Assembly: GCA_905331295.1 (NCBI GenBank)
Contig: CAJNYD010000548.1
Span: 124,001 to 183,393 of the forward strand
DNA length: 59,393 nucleotides
Source: Rotaria socialis
Taxonomy: Eukaryota
Direction of reading: 5' to 3'
Under the pieces are notes generated by a model. It was not told where the DNA came from, ran no database searches, and saw only the letters and a program-made list of their open reading frames with translations. Positions within the stretch are counted from its first letter, which is position 1, and each line of letters starts with the position of its first letter. Shown piece by piece: positions 14,101 to 27,505 of the stretch. The translations under genes were made by a program, and so were the position numbers.

Positions 14101-15121
14101 AAAAACTACTTCCGATGTGTTTGCATTATTTTAATCGTTTTCAATCATAATTGATGATAAAAATTAGTAGTCATCATATACTAGTATGAAAAAAATTGAA
14201 GATTTTCTAGTGGGATAAAATCATAATAATTTTCAGTTAATTGTAATATAAGTAACTACAACAAGTAGAATTTCTAATCTTGTCTTGATACTTACAGTGT
14301 GACGATGTTTAAGAAACGGATCTTCTGGTGCCGTAAACCCTAAATTAAAAATTGATTTTTAAAATAAGTCATTCACTATTGCATAACTCTATACCTGGTG
14401 GTACACGAACACCAAGTTTTGTTAGAAAGTTACGTGTAAATGGATCACAATCAATTAGTTTGTATACTCGTCCATATAATGATACTTCAGCTCCAACGTT
14501 GAATTGATCATAGGTAAAAAAACGATCATCATTAGGTGCTGGCAGTGGTACACGATGACGTTTAAGAATTGTACCTTGTGGAAAACCAACATTATTTTGA
14601 CGTTGTTCAACAACTAAAAAGAGACATATTTATATGATTAATAATTTGATAAGAGAAATAAAAGACCTTGAACTGTATCATCTTCTGGATAAAAGTAGAC
14701 ACGACATTTTCGAATACGATACTGTTCTTCACGACGTTCTGTTATCGATTCTTGAAAATAAGCATCAAAACAAAGAACTTGCTTATCAAACGCAAGCCAA
14801 GCTGGTCGATCAGGTCCTTCGCCTGTGACAAAAATCGTATGAAAAGAATATCACAGTTACTTTTTCTCCTTACCTCGTGGATAAACAGAATTCTGTGGTC
14901 GAAGATCTTCACCTGCTAGTGGTACACCACCAACACCCAATTTATTACCCGTTAACATACCTACACCATTGTATTTGTCAAATTGATGAGTTAAATGGTA
15001 TTTATCTTTGCCGATCTTTGAAAAAATAGAAAAAACAATTAGCTATTTTTTCTTTTGTAATTAAAAAATTAATAATTACTTTTCGTTCGAATGTGTTGCC
15101 AGGTAAAAATGGTAACGCCAT
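11111..15121 (-). CDS. EFHC2: EF-hand domain-containing family member C2 (DM10 domains plus EF-hand; Rib72-like ciliary inner protein), multi-exon
   Basis: Starts MALPFLPGNTFERK|IGKDKY and continues AWLAFDKQVLCFDAYFQE, YFYPEDDTVQ, VLRFWGVWDD, YFLADDTMEIREILPPNSGRD and YYLADDTINIHEPPVRNSG, i.e. three DM10 repeats. The N-terminus is EFHC2-type and the C-terminal region is EF-hand-like. Confidence 0.9.
13600..13619. repeat. (AT)n microsatellite in an EFHC2 intron
   Basis: About 10 AT units. Confidence 0.8.
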
Positions 15122-17946
15122 GTTTGATCAATAAAAGAACTGATACTGTTGTCGAGTGAAGTAGCTTTTTTTACTATATGCATGTGAAAAACACTTGTAA
15201 ACATGGTCGTTAAGCAATGGACTTCGTACAATACAACTATAAGCGACCTCTTTAGATTATGCAAAATAAAAAGATATATTTTACATCGCAATTAGATACA
15301 TTTATTGATATTTTAGCTCCTTGTAATATGATATGCATTCTTCAAGAGTTAATGAAAAGAAACTATATTTAGACAAGAGAAATTACAGGAAGATTAAATG
15401 AAGCTAATAAATTGAAAAGAAAAAGCAAGAAAGAGAGAAAACGAACATTGAAAAAGAAAAATAGAACGCTTTGCATACATTTATGTTATGTTTCTAGGTT
15501 TAATAGAAAGCAATTTACTTTTTCATATGCAAGATATTCGTGATGCCAGCATGATTATTGCATTAGAATGTAATGCAAATATGATAGATATTGATTGACT
15601 TTAAGCCATCGTTTTTTTCCTACGATAATATTTGATAAAGAGAAAGCCCAATAAATTATATCTCTAGTAATGATTGATAAAATGTGACATTAACATTGAA
15701 TTGCCGTCTTAGAGAAGAGTACTAGAATTAGTAGGAGTATCGATGATCCTTATGTTCTCGGATGATTGTCTTGCTTATATACCAATAATATTCAGACTAG
15801 CAAAAAAAAATGCACCAAGGCATAGATGGGGATAAAAATAAAAGTCAAGAGAACGACCAAAAAAATAAGTGCAAGCAATATTGTCTTACAAAAGGAAGAC
15901 GGTGCTGTTCTTCGTCGGAATATAATTGAAGTTTATATTCGGCAGAGTACCAAGGAAGATGCCGTCGCTTTCATTATTATTGGTTTCTCTTGTTTTTTAG
16001 CTGTTGTCTTGAATCGCAATCGAGTATTAATTTGACAGTACCCTAGGAGGAACTTCCTGCATAGGAAATCAAGAAAAACAATTGTTGATAATTGTGTCTG
16101 ATCTCGACACGATCGCGCATGTATTTACAAGCTTAATGTTTGAATAGAACGACGGGTACTGGGGTCTTACCAATCGATCGAGTTTATGTCAATACTTATT
16201 TTTAGAACTATATCTCTACATATATAGTTGATGTGTTCTTCTGTTTACTGTTATTATTAAATTCTTTATTGTTGTTGCTGTTAATGTAGTATTTGAAATG
16301 GTGTATATCCTCACAAAGAATTATTATTATCATCTCCCTATGCAATCGTGATTTGAACATAAATAAACATTCGTATTCATACGGCATGACTGATAATCGA
16401 ATATTTTTTGTTAGTTATTTGATATAATAATAGTGTAGAAATCAGTCCTTGAAAAATAGCAAAGGTAAGTATACTTCAATTTATATAGCAGGAGAAATAA
16501 ATTATAAAATTTCGACTCTTTTACTGCAATACTCCGGAATTCCGCCATAAAAAAATAAACTCTAGGTATGAGCTACATCAAAATTAGGATAGTGAAATCA
16601 GTTTTTCTCGTTTTTGTTTTGTTAGCTTTAATCTTATGATTAGATACCAATTTACATATAGAGCGCTAGTTAATTATATTATTGAGCGCACTGAGCGAGA
16701 AATTTTTCTTACGAAGAATAAAATTTGGAATGTGAAGGGAAAAAAATAGGAGAGTTTGATAGGAAAATCAATTATTTGATTTGGTCATATTTAAGATGAG
16801 TATGAGTCGGGAAAATGCTTGTTTATATAGTTTTCGGAGTAGAATCATTTTCCCGAGACAAATATAATTCTATTAACTATCTCAAATAGACAAGCGAACA
16901 ACTTATTATAAAGAATAGGAATAGAAAAAAAAGAAACTAAACGTAATTTCTCAATCAGGTAATCTTTTTTTAATTTTTTCTATAAAATAAATCCTTGCTA
17001 AAAATCTTGTCGGTCTTGTTATTCTTTTTTTTCCTTGTTGCTATTATTGTTGCTCTTACTTCGGTTGTCTGCGGTGTGTTTGTTGCTTTCTGTTTTTGCT
17101 GCAACGAGTCAATTCTTCTTGAAAATCAGAAAGAAAAGAACAACGCATCCAATATAAAAGCCACGGGAAACAGAGAGAAACAGCTACAAGAAAAAAAAGA
17201 AGCGAGAAACAAGACGGATGTGAACAGAAGCGCTGGACTAGATTTCGAGCATTACTGTGTGTAGGAGTGAGAACTATCATTGTCATACGTCACATGTAAT
17301 GCATTTATTCGTTTTACGCTATAAAACACATTTTGATCGCTTTAGGCTAAACTAATTCGTACGCAACATCTTATATGATGCTGCTTTTTTTTCTGTTTTG
17401 CTTGTATCCTATCAAGACTGATGTAACATTTCTATGGGTTCTCAGACTCGTGTCATAAAAGATTACCAAGATAATAGGAAAAAATGAATTAATGATGTAT
17501 TTTCTATTTATAGTTTTCTCGGTTAGGTTCCCTTCTAGTTTAGATGATGAGCAATCAAGTTATTGCCGAAATCTTCTATTATGTAGTTTTATATCTCTCC
17601 ATCCTTGAAACGTTATTGAGAATCTATAGAAAACTAACGTAGCATCCGCAATAACAACGAATTACTTCAAGAACGGCAAACTCCCAGTAAAGAAGAGAAA
17701 AAAACTAAGAACGCAACAAGTCCGACGAGATTATAAAGAAGCATCAGAGAAACGATACTGCTGCCATTATTATTCATATGTTCTACGGTTACTACTGCTA
17801 AAATAACCAAGATATAGTGCAAATTGATAATCAGGTAGATAGAGATTGACAGAAGGAGAAGCAAATAGAATAGAAAATACGGTTCTTTCCAGCTTATAAA
17901 CTTTTTTCTGATAAATAAATTATTAGTTCGTATCTGATTTAGAAAT

Positions 17947-20900
17947 ATGGCAACAGTTACTGATGGAAAACAGCAGCAACCAGAACAACAAGCATTTAGT
18001 TCATTAAATCGATCGCCGTGTCATGTGAAATTTAATGATACGAATCGAAGTTCTTCACAACAACAGAATAGTACAAATCAAGATGACCTGTCGTCAGGAT
18101 CTCGGCACGGTTTGTAAAATAAATAAATAGGAAAATTGTTTTCCCTTATGAGTCTTTATCTGAATAAAGAAGAGTGAAGCCTACTTTCTTTCAACTTAGA
18201 TTATCAGAATGAAGGATCTGACATGTTTTATTAATTACTCTTTCATGTGTATTTGTCTATCATTCATCGTCTTTTTCTTTTTGTACGGATTAATGGAGTG
18301 AAATGTCATATGAAATTATTTGATCTTTATTCTCCCTCTTTTTTTTTATAACCGTAGTAACGTAGCAAATGCGAAGAAGAAAAACTCAACATGCATCCTT
18401 TCAAATTATTGTAGGCACAATAAAAAGGACGGATTAGATCTAATGAGTGAGCAGGAGATAATATTAATCTAAGGAAGAAAATGAAATCCACTTATGTATT
18501 TTCTTTTCTTCTTCTGGTTCTTCGTAGGTTCATTATCATCGACAGAAAAAAGTGGACGTTTCGTAGTTGTCAAATCAACTGAAGTATCGGATGCAAATGA
18601 AGCTGGTAAATGAAAACTTTTTGAGGCCATATAAGTTTGGAGAATAGAATTATTTTAAGATGCAATTAATAATGCAAATTCAATGACTGAAAATGAAAAA
18701 GTCCCATTACAAGCTCAATCAACAGTAGATTGTTCAATAAAGTTAAATGAAAGTATTTATGAGGTATGTAAAGTTTTGCTTTTTTAGTAGAAATAAAAAC
18801 CGAAAAAGTAAGAGTTTGCTGAATTTATTTGAAGGATCGTGATAATCGACCACGAACAGTACTTGATCAACTATATAATTATAAAGGTGGGATTGTACCA
18901 AATCCAGCAGAAGCTGAAAAATCAACAGGGAATTCGCAGGTTTGTTACAGATGAAAATAATCTTATAGTAGTTAAGAAAAACGAAACCAAATGTTAATTT
19001 TCATATTCCAGAAATCTGCAAATCTCGGTACAATCTTCGGTGTTTACCTTCCATGTGTTCAGAATATATTCGGTAAGCTATATTGTGTTTTACTTGTAAA
19101 AAATCGTTTTTCTATTTTTACTTTAGGTGTTATTGTGTTTATTCGTCTGTTTTGGTTAATTGGTATTGCTGGCGCACTTCAAACGCTGTTAATTGTTGTC
19201 ATTTGTAGTTCATGTGTATGGAAAAAAAATGCTATATAATTAGATTTATTTTTAAAGCATTTACTTTTTGCCTTCAGACTCTTCTAACAGCTATTTCAAT
19301 GGCAGCTATCGCAACAAATGGTTTGGTACCAGCTGGCGGAGCTTATTTTATGATATCTCGGTCACTGGGACCTGAGTTCGGTGGTGCCGTTGGCATACTA
19401 TTCTATCTGGGCAATACATTTGCCGCTTCAATGTATATTGTTGGAGCTGTAGAAATTGTAGTCGTATGTAAAATATAATTAATAGTTTCGGTTTTTCCCC
19501 AAAGCATTTCTTTAAGAAATATATGTGCCCAGAAAAATGTCGTCTTTTTGGAGATGATGTTGAAATACCTATGGTAGCATTTAATCATTATCGTATATAT
19601 GGTACTATTCTTCTTCTACTTATTGGAACTTGTGTATTAATTGGTATCCGTTTTGTAACGAGAATTGCTCCAATTTCTTTATTTGCTGTTGTTATTTCGA
19701 TTTTTGCTATCTATGCCGGTGTTATTAAAACCTCATTTAATCCACCGGATTTACCGTAAGTTAAATGTTTTTCATTCGTTTAAAACAAAAAGTTATTCTT
19801 TTCTTCAAAGTATTTGTCTCGTTGGTTCGAATCCAAGTCATTTAATCAAATCTAATGTATTACATAATGATATACGTCGTTATTGTCATTCAGATGCATG
19901 GTGTGATGAAGTAAATAAAACTATTCCATGTCCACTTTATGAATATATTTGTACGAAATCAACCAGTACACTCTGTTCACCAGATAAACAGATACAAAAT
20001 GTCCGCATTGAACAAGGTGTACCTGGATTAAAAAATTGGCAATTCTCCGGTAAGTTGCTTTCGTTCTTTTTATTTATCAAATACAGAATAAACACTTTAG
20101 TTTTATAGAAAATCTTTTTTCGCATTATCGTTCTGAGGGCGAAATTGAACATAATATAAAAGGTGATGCAACATTTGAAGTTGTTGCACAAGAGTTAACA
20201 ACATTTCTCATACTTGTTGGTATTTATTTTCCATCTGTTACCGGTAAAAAGCTTATTTCTTTTTTTTCTTCTTGAAAATAAAAATCATTTTATATTTCAT
20301 TAGGTATTATGGCTGGTTCCAATCGGAGTGGAGATTTACGTGATCCTAGTCGAAGTATTCCACGTGGAACTATTGCTGCAATATTAACAACATCTTTTGT
20401 TTGTATGTACATTGCTTTTTTTTTTAAATAATTCTCTGTGTTAACACTAATTCAATCTTCTAGATTTATCAAATGTGATCTTTTTGGCATCATGTATCCA
20501 TGGTGCATTATTACGAGATAAATTTGGTGATAGCATTAATAAGCAGTTAGTCGTTTCTGTCCTAGCATGGCCAACTAAATGGGTTATTATGATAGGTGCA
20601 TTTTGTTCAACTGTTGGAGCTGCTTTGCAAACATTAACAGGTAAAAACAATTGTGCAATGAAAAACGTAATATGTATTTTGTCAATTTTCATTCATTCTG
20701 TTTTCTTATTCGCAGGTGCTCCAAGACTTTTGCAAGCTGTAGCTAAAGACGATCTAATTCCAATACTTCGCCCATTAGCAAAATCCTATCGAGGTGAACC
20801 CATGCCAGCATTGTTTCTTACATTATTTATATGTGAATGTGGAATTTTGATTGCTGACGTTGATAAACTTACAGCATTGCTATCAATGTAAATAAGAAGG

Positions 20901-23900
20901 CACAGAAACAAAATAGACAAATATAAATAATTTGTACTATTGATATTTTCATTAGGCAACTTAATCTCTAGTTGAAAATATTGATAATACAATTATTCTT
21001 TACGTATATGATTGAGTACAATCGAAATAATATTTTCTATCCTATTTTAGGTTCTTTTTATTATGCTATGGATTTGTCAACTTAGCTTGTGCATTGCAAA
21101 CTATTCTAAAAGCACCTAGTTGGCGACCACGTTTTCGTTTTTATCATTGGTAAAATTCAATAATTTAAGCACAAGAATCGATAGTAAACAATACCTGTTT
21201 TTCTTTTCATTTAGGATTCTTTCGAGTATAGGTGTACTTCTTTGCATTTCAATTATGTTTATTGCTTCATGGTATTTTGCTCTGATTGCCATGTTGATTG
21301 CAATCATCATGTATAAATTTATTGAATATAAAGGGTACAGAACAAAAAAAAACAAGATCCACACTCTTGGGAGCTTTTTTGTTATACATGTATACTTTGT
21401 TTATATTTAGAGCGGAAAAGGAATGGGGAGACGGTATCCGTGGCTTATCAATGTCAGCTGCTCGTTATGCCCTATATCGTGTTGATGAAACAGAACCACA
21501 TACAAAAAACTGGAGGCCTCAATTGCTTGCATTCATTAATTTCGACCGAGATGACGAAAAGGAAACATATTCAATACATCATAGCAAAATATTTAATTTT
21601 CTTTATCAACTGAAAGCTGGTATATTTAAAAATAATTTAATTAAAATATAATTGATTTATTCTTTTTCATTTTGTCTTAGGAAAAGGTTTTGTTGTCGCA
21701 GCAAGTGTCTTAGAAGGTGATTATCTTGACAATCACCAACATATTGAACCGATTCGTGCAGTAAGTATTACTTAGGAAGCATTTTTACCATCTCAAGTAC
21801 GTATTATGTAGTTTGAACATAGAAATAATAGTGTCAATAACACTCTAGTACCCTGAATAAAGCTCGAGGGAAGTATCTCTAATTCTGTATAAAGTAATAG
21901 TTCGAATAGTCTGCTACAATGATTTACTACTTTTTAATTGATTTAAAGTTGTAGAAGTTTAACTAAAGGTGTTCATTTCTCAGTTGAATGGATAAGAATA
22001 GCCAAGCTAAATTTGAAAAGATCAAACAGATACGTTGTCTTGTTAATTATGATGCTTCTATTATATAAGATACTATCAAACGAATTATTTACAATCATTG
22101 TAAATTCATAATAATTATTTCTCACTATATATCGAAACAGCTGATCTTGCGGAGAAAAAGTCTAGTCTCTTTGATAGGTCTAGTAGGTGGACCTGCTCGA
22201 AATTATATCCTTGATCTTTAATTTATTCCGTAAGATGGAAGTTAGACTTCAAAAAACAAAGAATAGTACAGGATGATCACACATTTATATGTCAGAGGTT
22301 CTAATCAGCATTCTAACAGAGTCGCATACAAATTTTTACATGCATAGAAAAAGAGACAAAAAACAACGAAGGAAACAGTCCCAAGCAAGGGGGGAAAAGC
22401 TGATTTAAATCACAGTAAAACTCAACTTACAATCAATATAAATTAACTGTATTGGAATGAGTTTGCGTGAGTTTCAGTGCCTTTGAATGATTTTCAGTAA
22501 TAATTTATGATTTGGAATAGTTTTTAGTTAGTTTAGCAAATTTTTCGTTTTCTCAAACTCATTTTAAATCAGCTAAACTCAGAAAAATCATGAAACTCAT
22601 AAATCGCTTTTTCCCCCTTGGTCCCAAGTGTTATTGTCATTCCTTTTTTTTAATATTATCAATGTGCAAAAATTAATCGAATGAAAGCTCGCGTTGAAAA
22701 TTTCCAAAGGTCGATTCGGTGCTTCAATCTTATTTATTTAGGTCAGGAAGTCATCTCAAATGACAATTGAATTAATTCTATGGAAATGATCAAAATTAAT
22801 TGAGAAAAGTTTCTTGAAACTTGAAAAAAAGTTGTTAACGTAGTCTCTGCAGAATAGAATTAGCAAAGAAGACGTAACTGTTATTTGGTGTTCACAGGAA
22901 GAGTGCTTCTATCTATCTCTTGTAAGATATATATCTTGGAGGAAAGCGAAGCTGTTGCGAGGATGTATATGACATCTCTATAATTCTATCCGCCATGATC
23001 TGTAGGGGGAAAATATTTTATTTAATATACGTCAAAATTGCCGGAAGATCTTGTTTCCCAAAATAGAATTATTTTAAGTAAGAAGATTTTGAAAGAATAT
23101 CCTTTAACATAATTCTGAGATTGCTATTAACCAGACTGAAATAATCAAATTTCATATATCGATTACAACATTTTTCAAGGATTTAGATCTCCATAGGAAA
23201 ATAATGTATTTATTGACAGCCGTACAGTTTTATATATGTAGTTTACAAATGTTAAAACATATTCTCTTGTTTTCTACAAGATTTTTCTTTTTGATGATTT
23301 TAGTTATTGAAATCTGGTTTGGCTCACGCTAAAGTACAAGGTTTTGCTGAAGTACTAGTTACTAAAGATGCCGAAGATGGTATAAGTACATTGTATGTAG
23401 ATTTTTATTGAAATTTTAATTTCATATGTTTAATATTTGATTTTAATTTTTTAAAATTAGAATTCAAACCGAAGGTTTAGGTGGCTTACGACCAAATACA
23501 ATTGTTCTATGTTGGCCATCACAATGGAAAAAAGATTTTGATGGTTTTGCAGCTGACGCATTCATTCGTATGTAAATTTGTTTTTGTCTATGAACCTTTA
23601 TTTTTTATTTTCGAACTGTTCCATAGGTACAATTGCTGTTGCTGAAGCTCGCCAATGTGCTGTGATTGTCCCGAAAAACATTGATAATTTTCCAGATGTT
23701 AAAGAAATTCAAGATGGCACAATTGATATCTGGTGGATTATTCATGATGGTGGTCTTCTTTTTCTTATTGCTTTTCTATTAAAACGTAATAAAGTTTGGT
23801 CACGTTGTCGTATACGTTTATATACTGTGACACAAAGCGAAGATAATTCAGTTGCAATGAAAAAAGATCTTGAACAATATATGTATCAATTGCGTATTGA

Positions 23901-24704
23901 AGCTGAAGTTGACGTTATCGAAATGGTTAGTTTCTTTGTAAATATTTTAATTACAATGATCAAGATGATGTAAAATTTTAGGCTGATCAAGAGATTTCAG
24001 CTTATGCTTATGAAAGAACACTTAAATTAGCTGAACGTATCAAATTACTTAAAGATTTGAAATTAGACGGTAAAGAACTACAAGTTCAAGTAAATTATTT
24101 TATAAGAAAATCTTAAATCTAATCGATCTATGTTTATATAGGCTATTGGATTTGAACGACGAACAAGCAAGGTAATGAAACGAAATGAATATAGTAATCC
24201 ACTACTATTTGTAATGGTTTTCTGTTTAATAATACCATCTAATTTTTATATTGGATTTTTAACTATGAAATAAATCCTATTGATTTTAGTCTCATATACC
24301 TATGGAAACAATGGTAAATAATCAACAGAAATCACAACGCCAAACTACTATTGATGAAACGAGTGATCAATATCATTATACATTCACGCCAAGCCAATTA
24401 GAGCGTATTAAAAATAATGTGTAAGTATGAAAGAGACAACGAAAAAAAGGAAATTTATGTTTTTATATTTAGATCTGAATCATCGATGCGTAAGATGCAT
24501 TCAGCTGTGAGACTTAATGAACAAATTAAGGAGCGTTCGCGTGATGCTAAACTGGTTCTTATTAATCTTCCATCGCCACCGTCAAAACAATCGAGTTTAG
24601 CTGCTTATTCTTACATGGAATATGTTGATGTATTAACAGAAGGTTTGCAAAGATTATTATTAATGCGTGGCAGTGGTCGTGAAGTTATAACAATATTTTC
24701 CTAA
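17947..24704 (+). CDS. KCC: K-Cl cotransporter (SLC12A4-7 / kcc subfamily), about 20 exons
   Basis: Motifs [113 protein letters not shown] and [15 protein letters not shown]. It has the Cys-rich TM5-6 loop typical of KCCs. The 5' exons from ATG 17947 splice in phase but are less certain. Confidence 0.93.
22386..22620. mobile_element. MITE with CAAGGGG termini (hAT- or P-like) in the large KCC intron
   Basis: TIR CAAGGGGGGAAAAGC / GCTTTTTCCCCCTTG (14/15). Exact 8-bp TSD GTCCCAAG at 22378-22385 and 22621-22628. Confidence 0.88.
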
Positions 24705-24731
24705 TAGCTCGGTGTTTCTTTTTCTCTAAAC

Positions 24732-24895
24732 GAGGGCTGGCAAAGATCCAGAAAAAGTCCACTTTACCTGAAGTCCTGTAAAAAATCCTTCACACTCAAC
24801 CTAAAATCCCGCCATAGGACTTTACCGGTGGCGGCATCTGTCCACGGAACTTTGGGCAGAACAAGTGACATTTTCTCGGAACTTTGCCATTGCTG
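24732..24895. mobile_element. hAT-type MITE in the KCC 3' UTR region
   Basis: Exact 8-bp TSD CTCTAAAC at 24724-24731 and 24896-24903. Degenerate TIR GAGGGCTGGCAAAG / CTTTGCCATTGCTG. The interior is more GC-rich than the flanks. Confidence 0.8.
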
Positions 24896-27505
24896 CTCTA
24901 AACAGTACCTCAGTTGATTAAAAACATCCCATTTGAAATTGTTCATTTTATTTTTTCATTTTCCGTTGTGTGATCTCGTAGTGATTGTTTCAATGTGTGC
25001 ATGTTGTTTTGGTAGACAACTAGTATGGAATGTGTTTAGAAATTCAGATGAATGCGGCATTTTTCTTTTTTTTTGTAGCCATAGTATCTTATATTTTTTT
25101 TGCTCGTAGTATTATATCGAAAAATTGCCCTTTTGGTTTAGTTGGAAAATACATAACAGAGAATGTTGATTAATTTTAAACAAAAGGCATTGTTATATGT
25201 AATGACATCTGTTCAGTTCAATGGGACTGATTAGAATTATGACTTCGTCTCTGACCGATAGAAGAATCTAGGAAAATATTTTATTCACGAATGAAACATT
25301 ACCTGTGAAAGTCAAACACAAAGAAAATAATAACAGACCGGTTTTTTTTTGTTAGACTGTCTTCAAAACCATTCATTTGAATTCTAATAGAAACATTATT
25401 AAAACATGATTTTATTTGAATCGAGAATCAATTCAACTTGTAATGAAACCACTGCATACTTAGTAATTGAACATATGTACGGTTGTTCAGTTCGACTGGC
25501 TACTGACTGCGATCAGAAGAAGTTAGAATAGTGTTCTAAGAGTAGTTCTCATTTCAACCATGTAGATAAATAAATGATATTGTGAGCATCACGTCACCAA
25601 CAGTTTACTTAGCCTTGCCTGCTTTCAGCCTGGTGACTTCTGAATACATATTGTTAACTCATTAATTTTTGAAAGTAAGCTTTCACGATGATGATGCGAA
25701 ATTAATGACACTTTCCTAGTTCGAAAATTAATTATATGGAACTATATTCAATAACTTCCATGAATTGTAATACGTCTCATAAAAAAGTTTTAATGGTTAC
25801 ACACAAAGAAAACTATCTATAAGCGAAACCTTCATGACTTTGTTGCATCGAATGTATACAAGTGCACTGTTGCTGAGTAGCCCCGCATACTTGGAAAAAC
25901 AATTATATAAGTAGTTATTCGATTGCTGTTAAAAGAACTAAGAAAAAATTTTTTTCGAGAAGTTCTTGTAAAACAGAATGGTCAAGGATACGATTAAAAA
26001 GAAGTCAACGGCACATGAATATTACTGAGATATATTCATTCAATGACCTTTCTCTATACATTTGATAGCTGCAATAAAAAAAAACTTTAATAATAACAAA
26101 TAATGAAATGCGCGTTTTTTAATTCATATTGATAAATTAATCTTAGCTTATTTATGAAAATACTATTTTGAAAAATTTTGTTGAAAACTAAAATAAACGC
26201 ATAGTTATTTCGTAGAGATTATTTCAAATAAGAGGATCAATAAAGATGATTAAACTGACAGAAAAACTCGGCTACTTACATTTTATTTGTCTGATTATAA
26301 ATTATAAGTACAATATATGCCTTAATATTAATAGTTGTGTACAAGTAGATGAAGCATTGTAACTTTGGAGAAGGGTACTTGGAAACTGTAGTTTAAGTGC
26401 AGCATGTTCAAACATATGGCGTGTTAAATTTATCCAGTCTATATGAATATCAATATAAATATGATTTAAAGTATCGCACTAGTTTTGGTTCAAATCAATG
26501 AATACACTATTATTGATTTAGATGAAACCATTCGAATAATCCTTGAAAATAAATATCCAGCTGAGTGATGTGCGTATGTTTTCGATTGAAAAATCATCAA
26601 TAATATACAAGATACTATTTGTGTGAACGCCCGAAAGAACTTGTAGAAGATTATTAACAATTGAATTTCATAGTTGATCTCTTCATTTTGCATAAATTTT
26701 CTAGTCGTGATTGATGATTAACTATATTTATCTTGTGCTGTTGGAAGCTTTGAACAGTAGCTTGTCTCATTAAGTGTGTTTTTTTTTCAAAATTTCTTCA
26801 CTTTGAAAACAAAACTATGCGTAAAAAACTCGCAACGAGATTTGACATCGTGACTTGGTTGATTAGCCTAACATGATTTTTAGTTTTGCAAGCAATTCTT
26901 TGAGATTCAACGTTAGTATAATTAATCGATACGTTTGGTTGAAATAATTTTAATATATTTTACAGACTGCGGTACAATTTTCAAATGAAAAATTCTTTTT
27001 GAAAAACAGAACCTAAAATTTCAAAAATTACTGCCGATTGTCAGATACATGCACATGATTAAAAAATTACAAGTAGTAATTGAAAGCCACATAGTAGATT
27101 AAAGTGATTTCGAATTCACGAGTAACATGACGTCGAATCAGGAATTTATATAATTTCGATCGATTTTCTGACTTGAAATAATAGATTGTTGAGCTGTGAT
27201 TTCTACCGAATGATAATTAATATTTGTTATATTCAAATAAAACTTGGAACACACAAGTCAAATCTGGCTTGAATCGATGATCGACGGTCACTCAAGTTCG
27301 AAAAAATGTCGTGTTCTTTTTATTTTACAATAGACAAAGTTTCATATCTATCAACTAGACGAATTATTCTATTCTCTTTTCTCCAACTTGTCTAAAATGG
27401 ACCCTGGATTATTTTTATTTTTCGTTCTTTTCATTCTTTATCTCTTTCGTAAATCAAAACAAATGACCATCAAATTCATTCATCGGCAACGATTATTTAC
27501 TGCCG

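Noticed and set aside
15826..17864. Several short hydrophobic ORFs between EFHC2 and KCC
   Set aside because: Products of T-rich or GA-rich promoter/UTR sequence, with no motifs or consistent splicing.
24764..24946. 60-aa minus-strand ORF
   Set aside because: Lies mostly within the hAT MITE and has no protein features.
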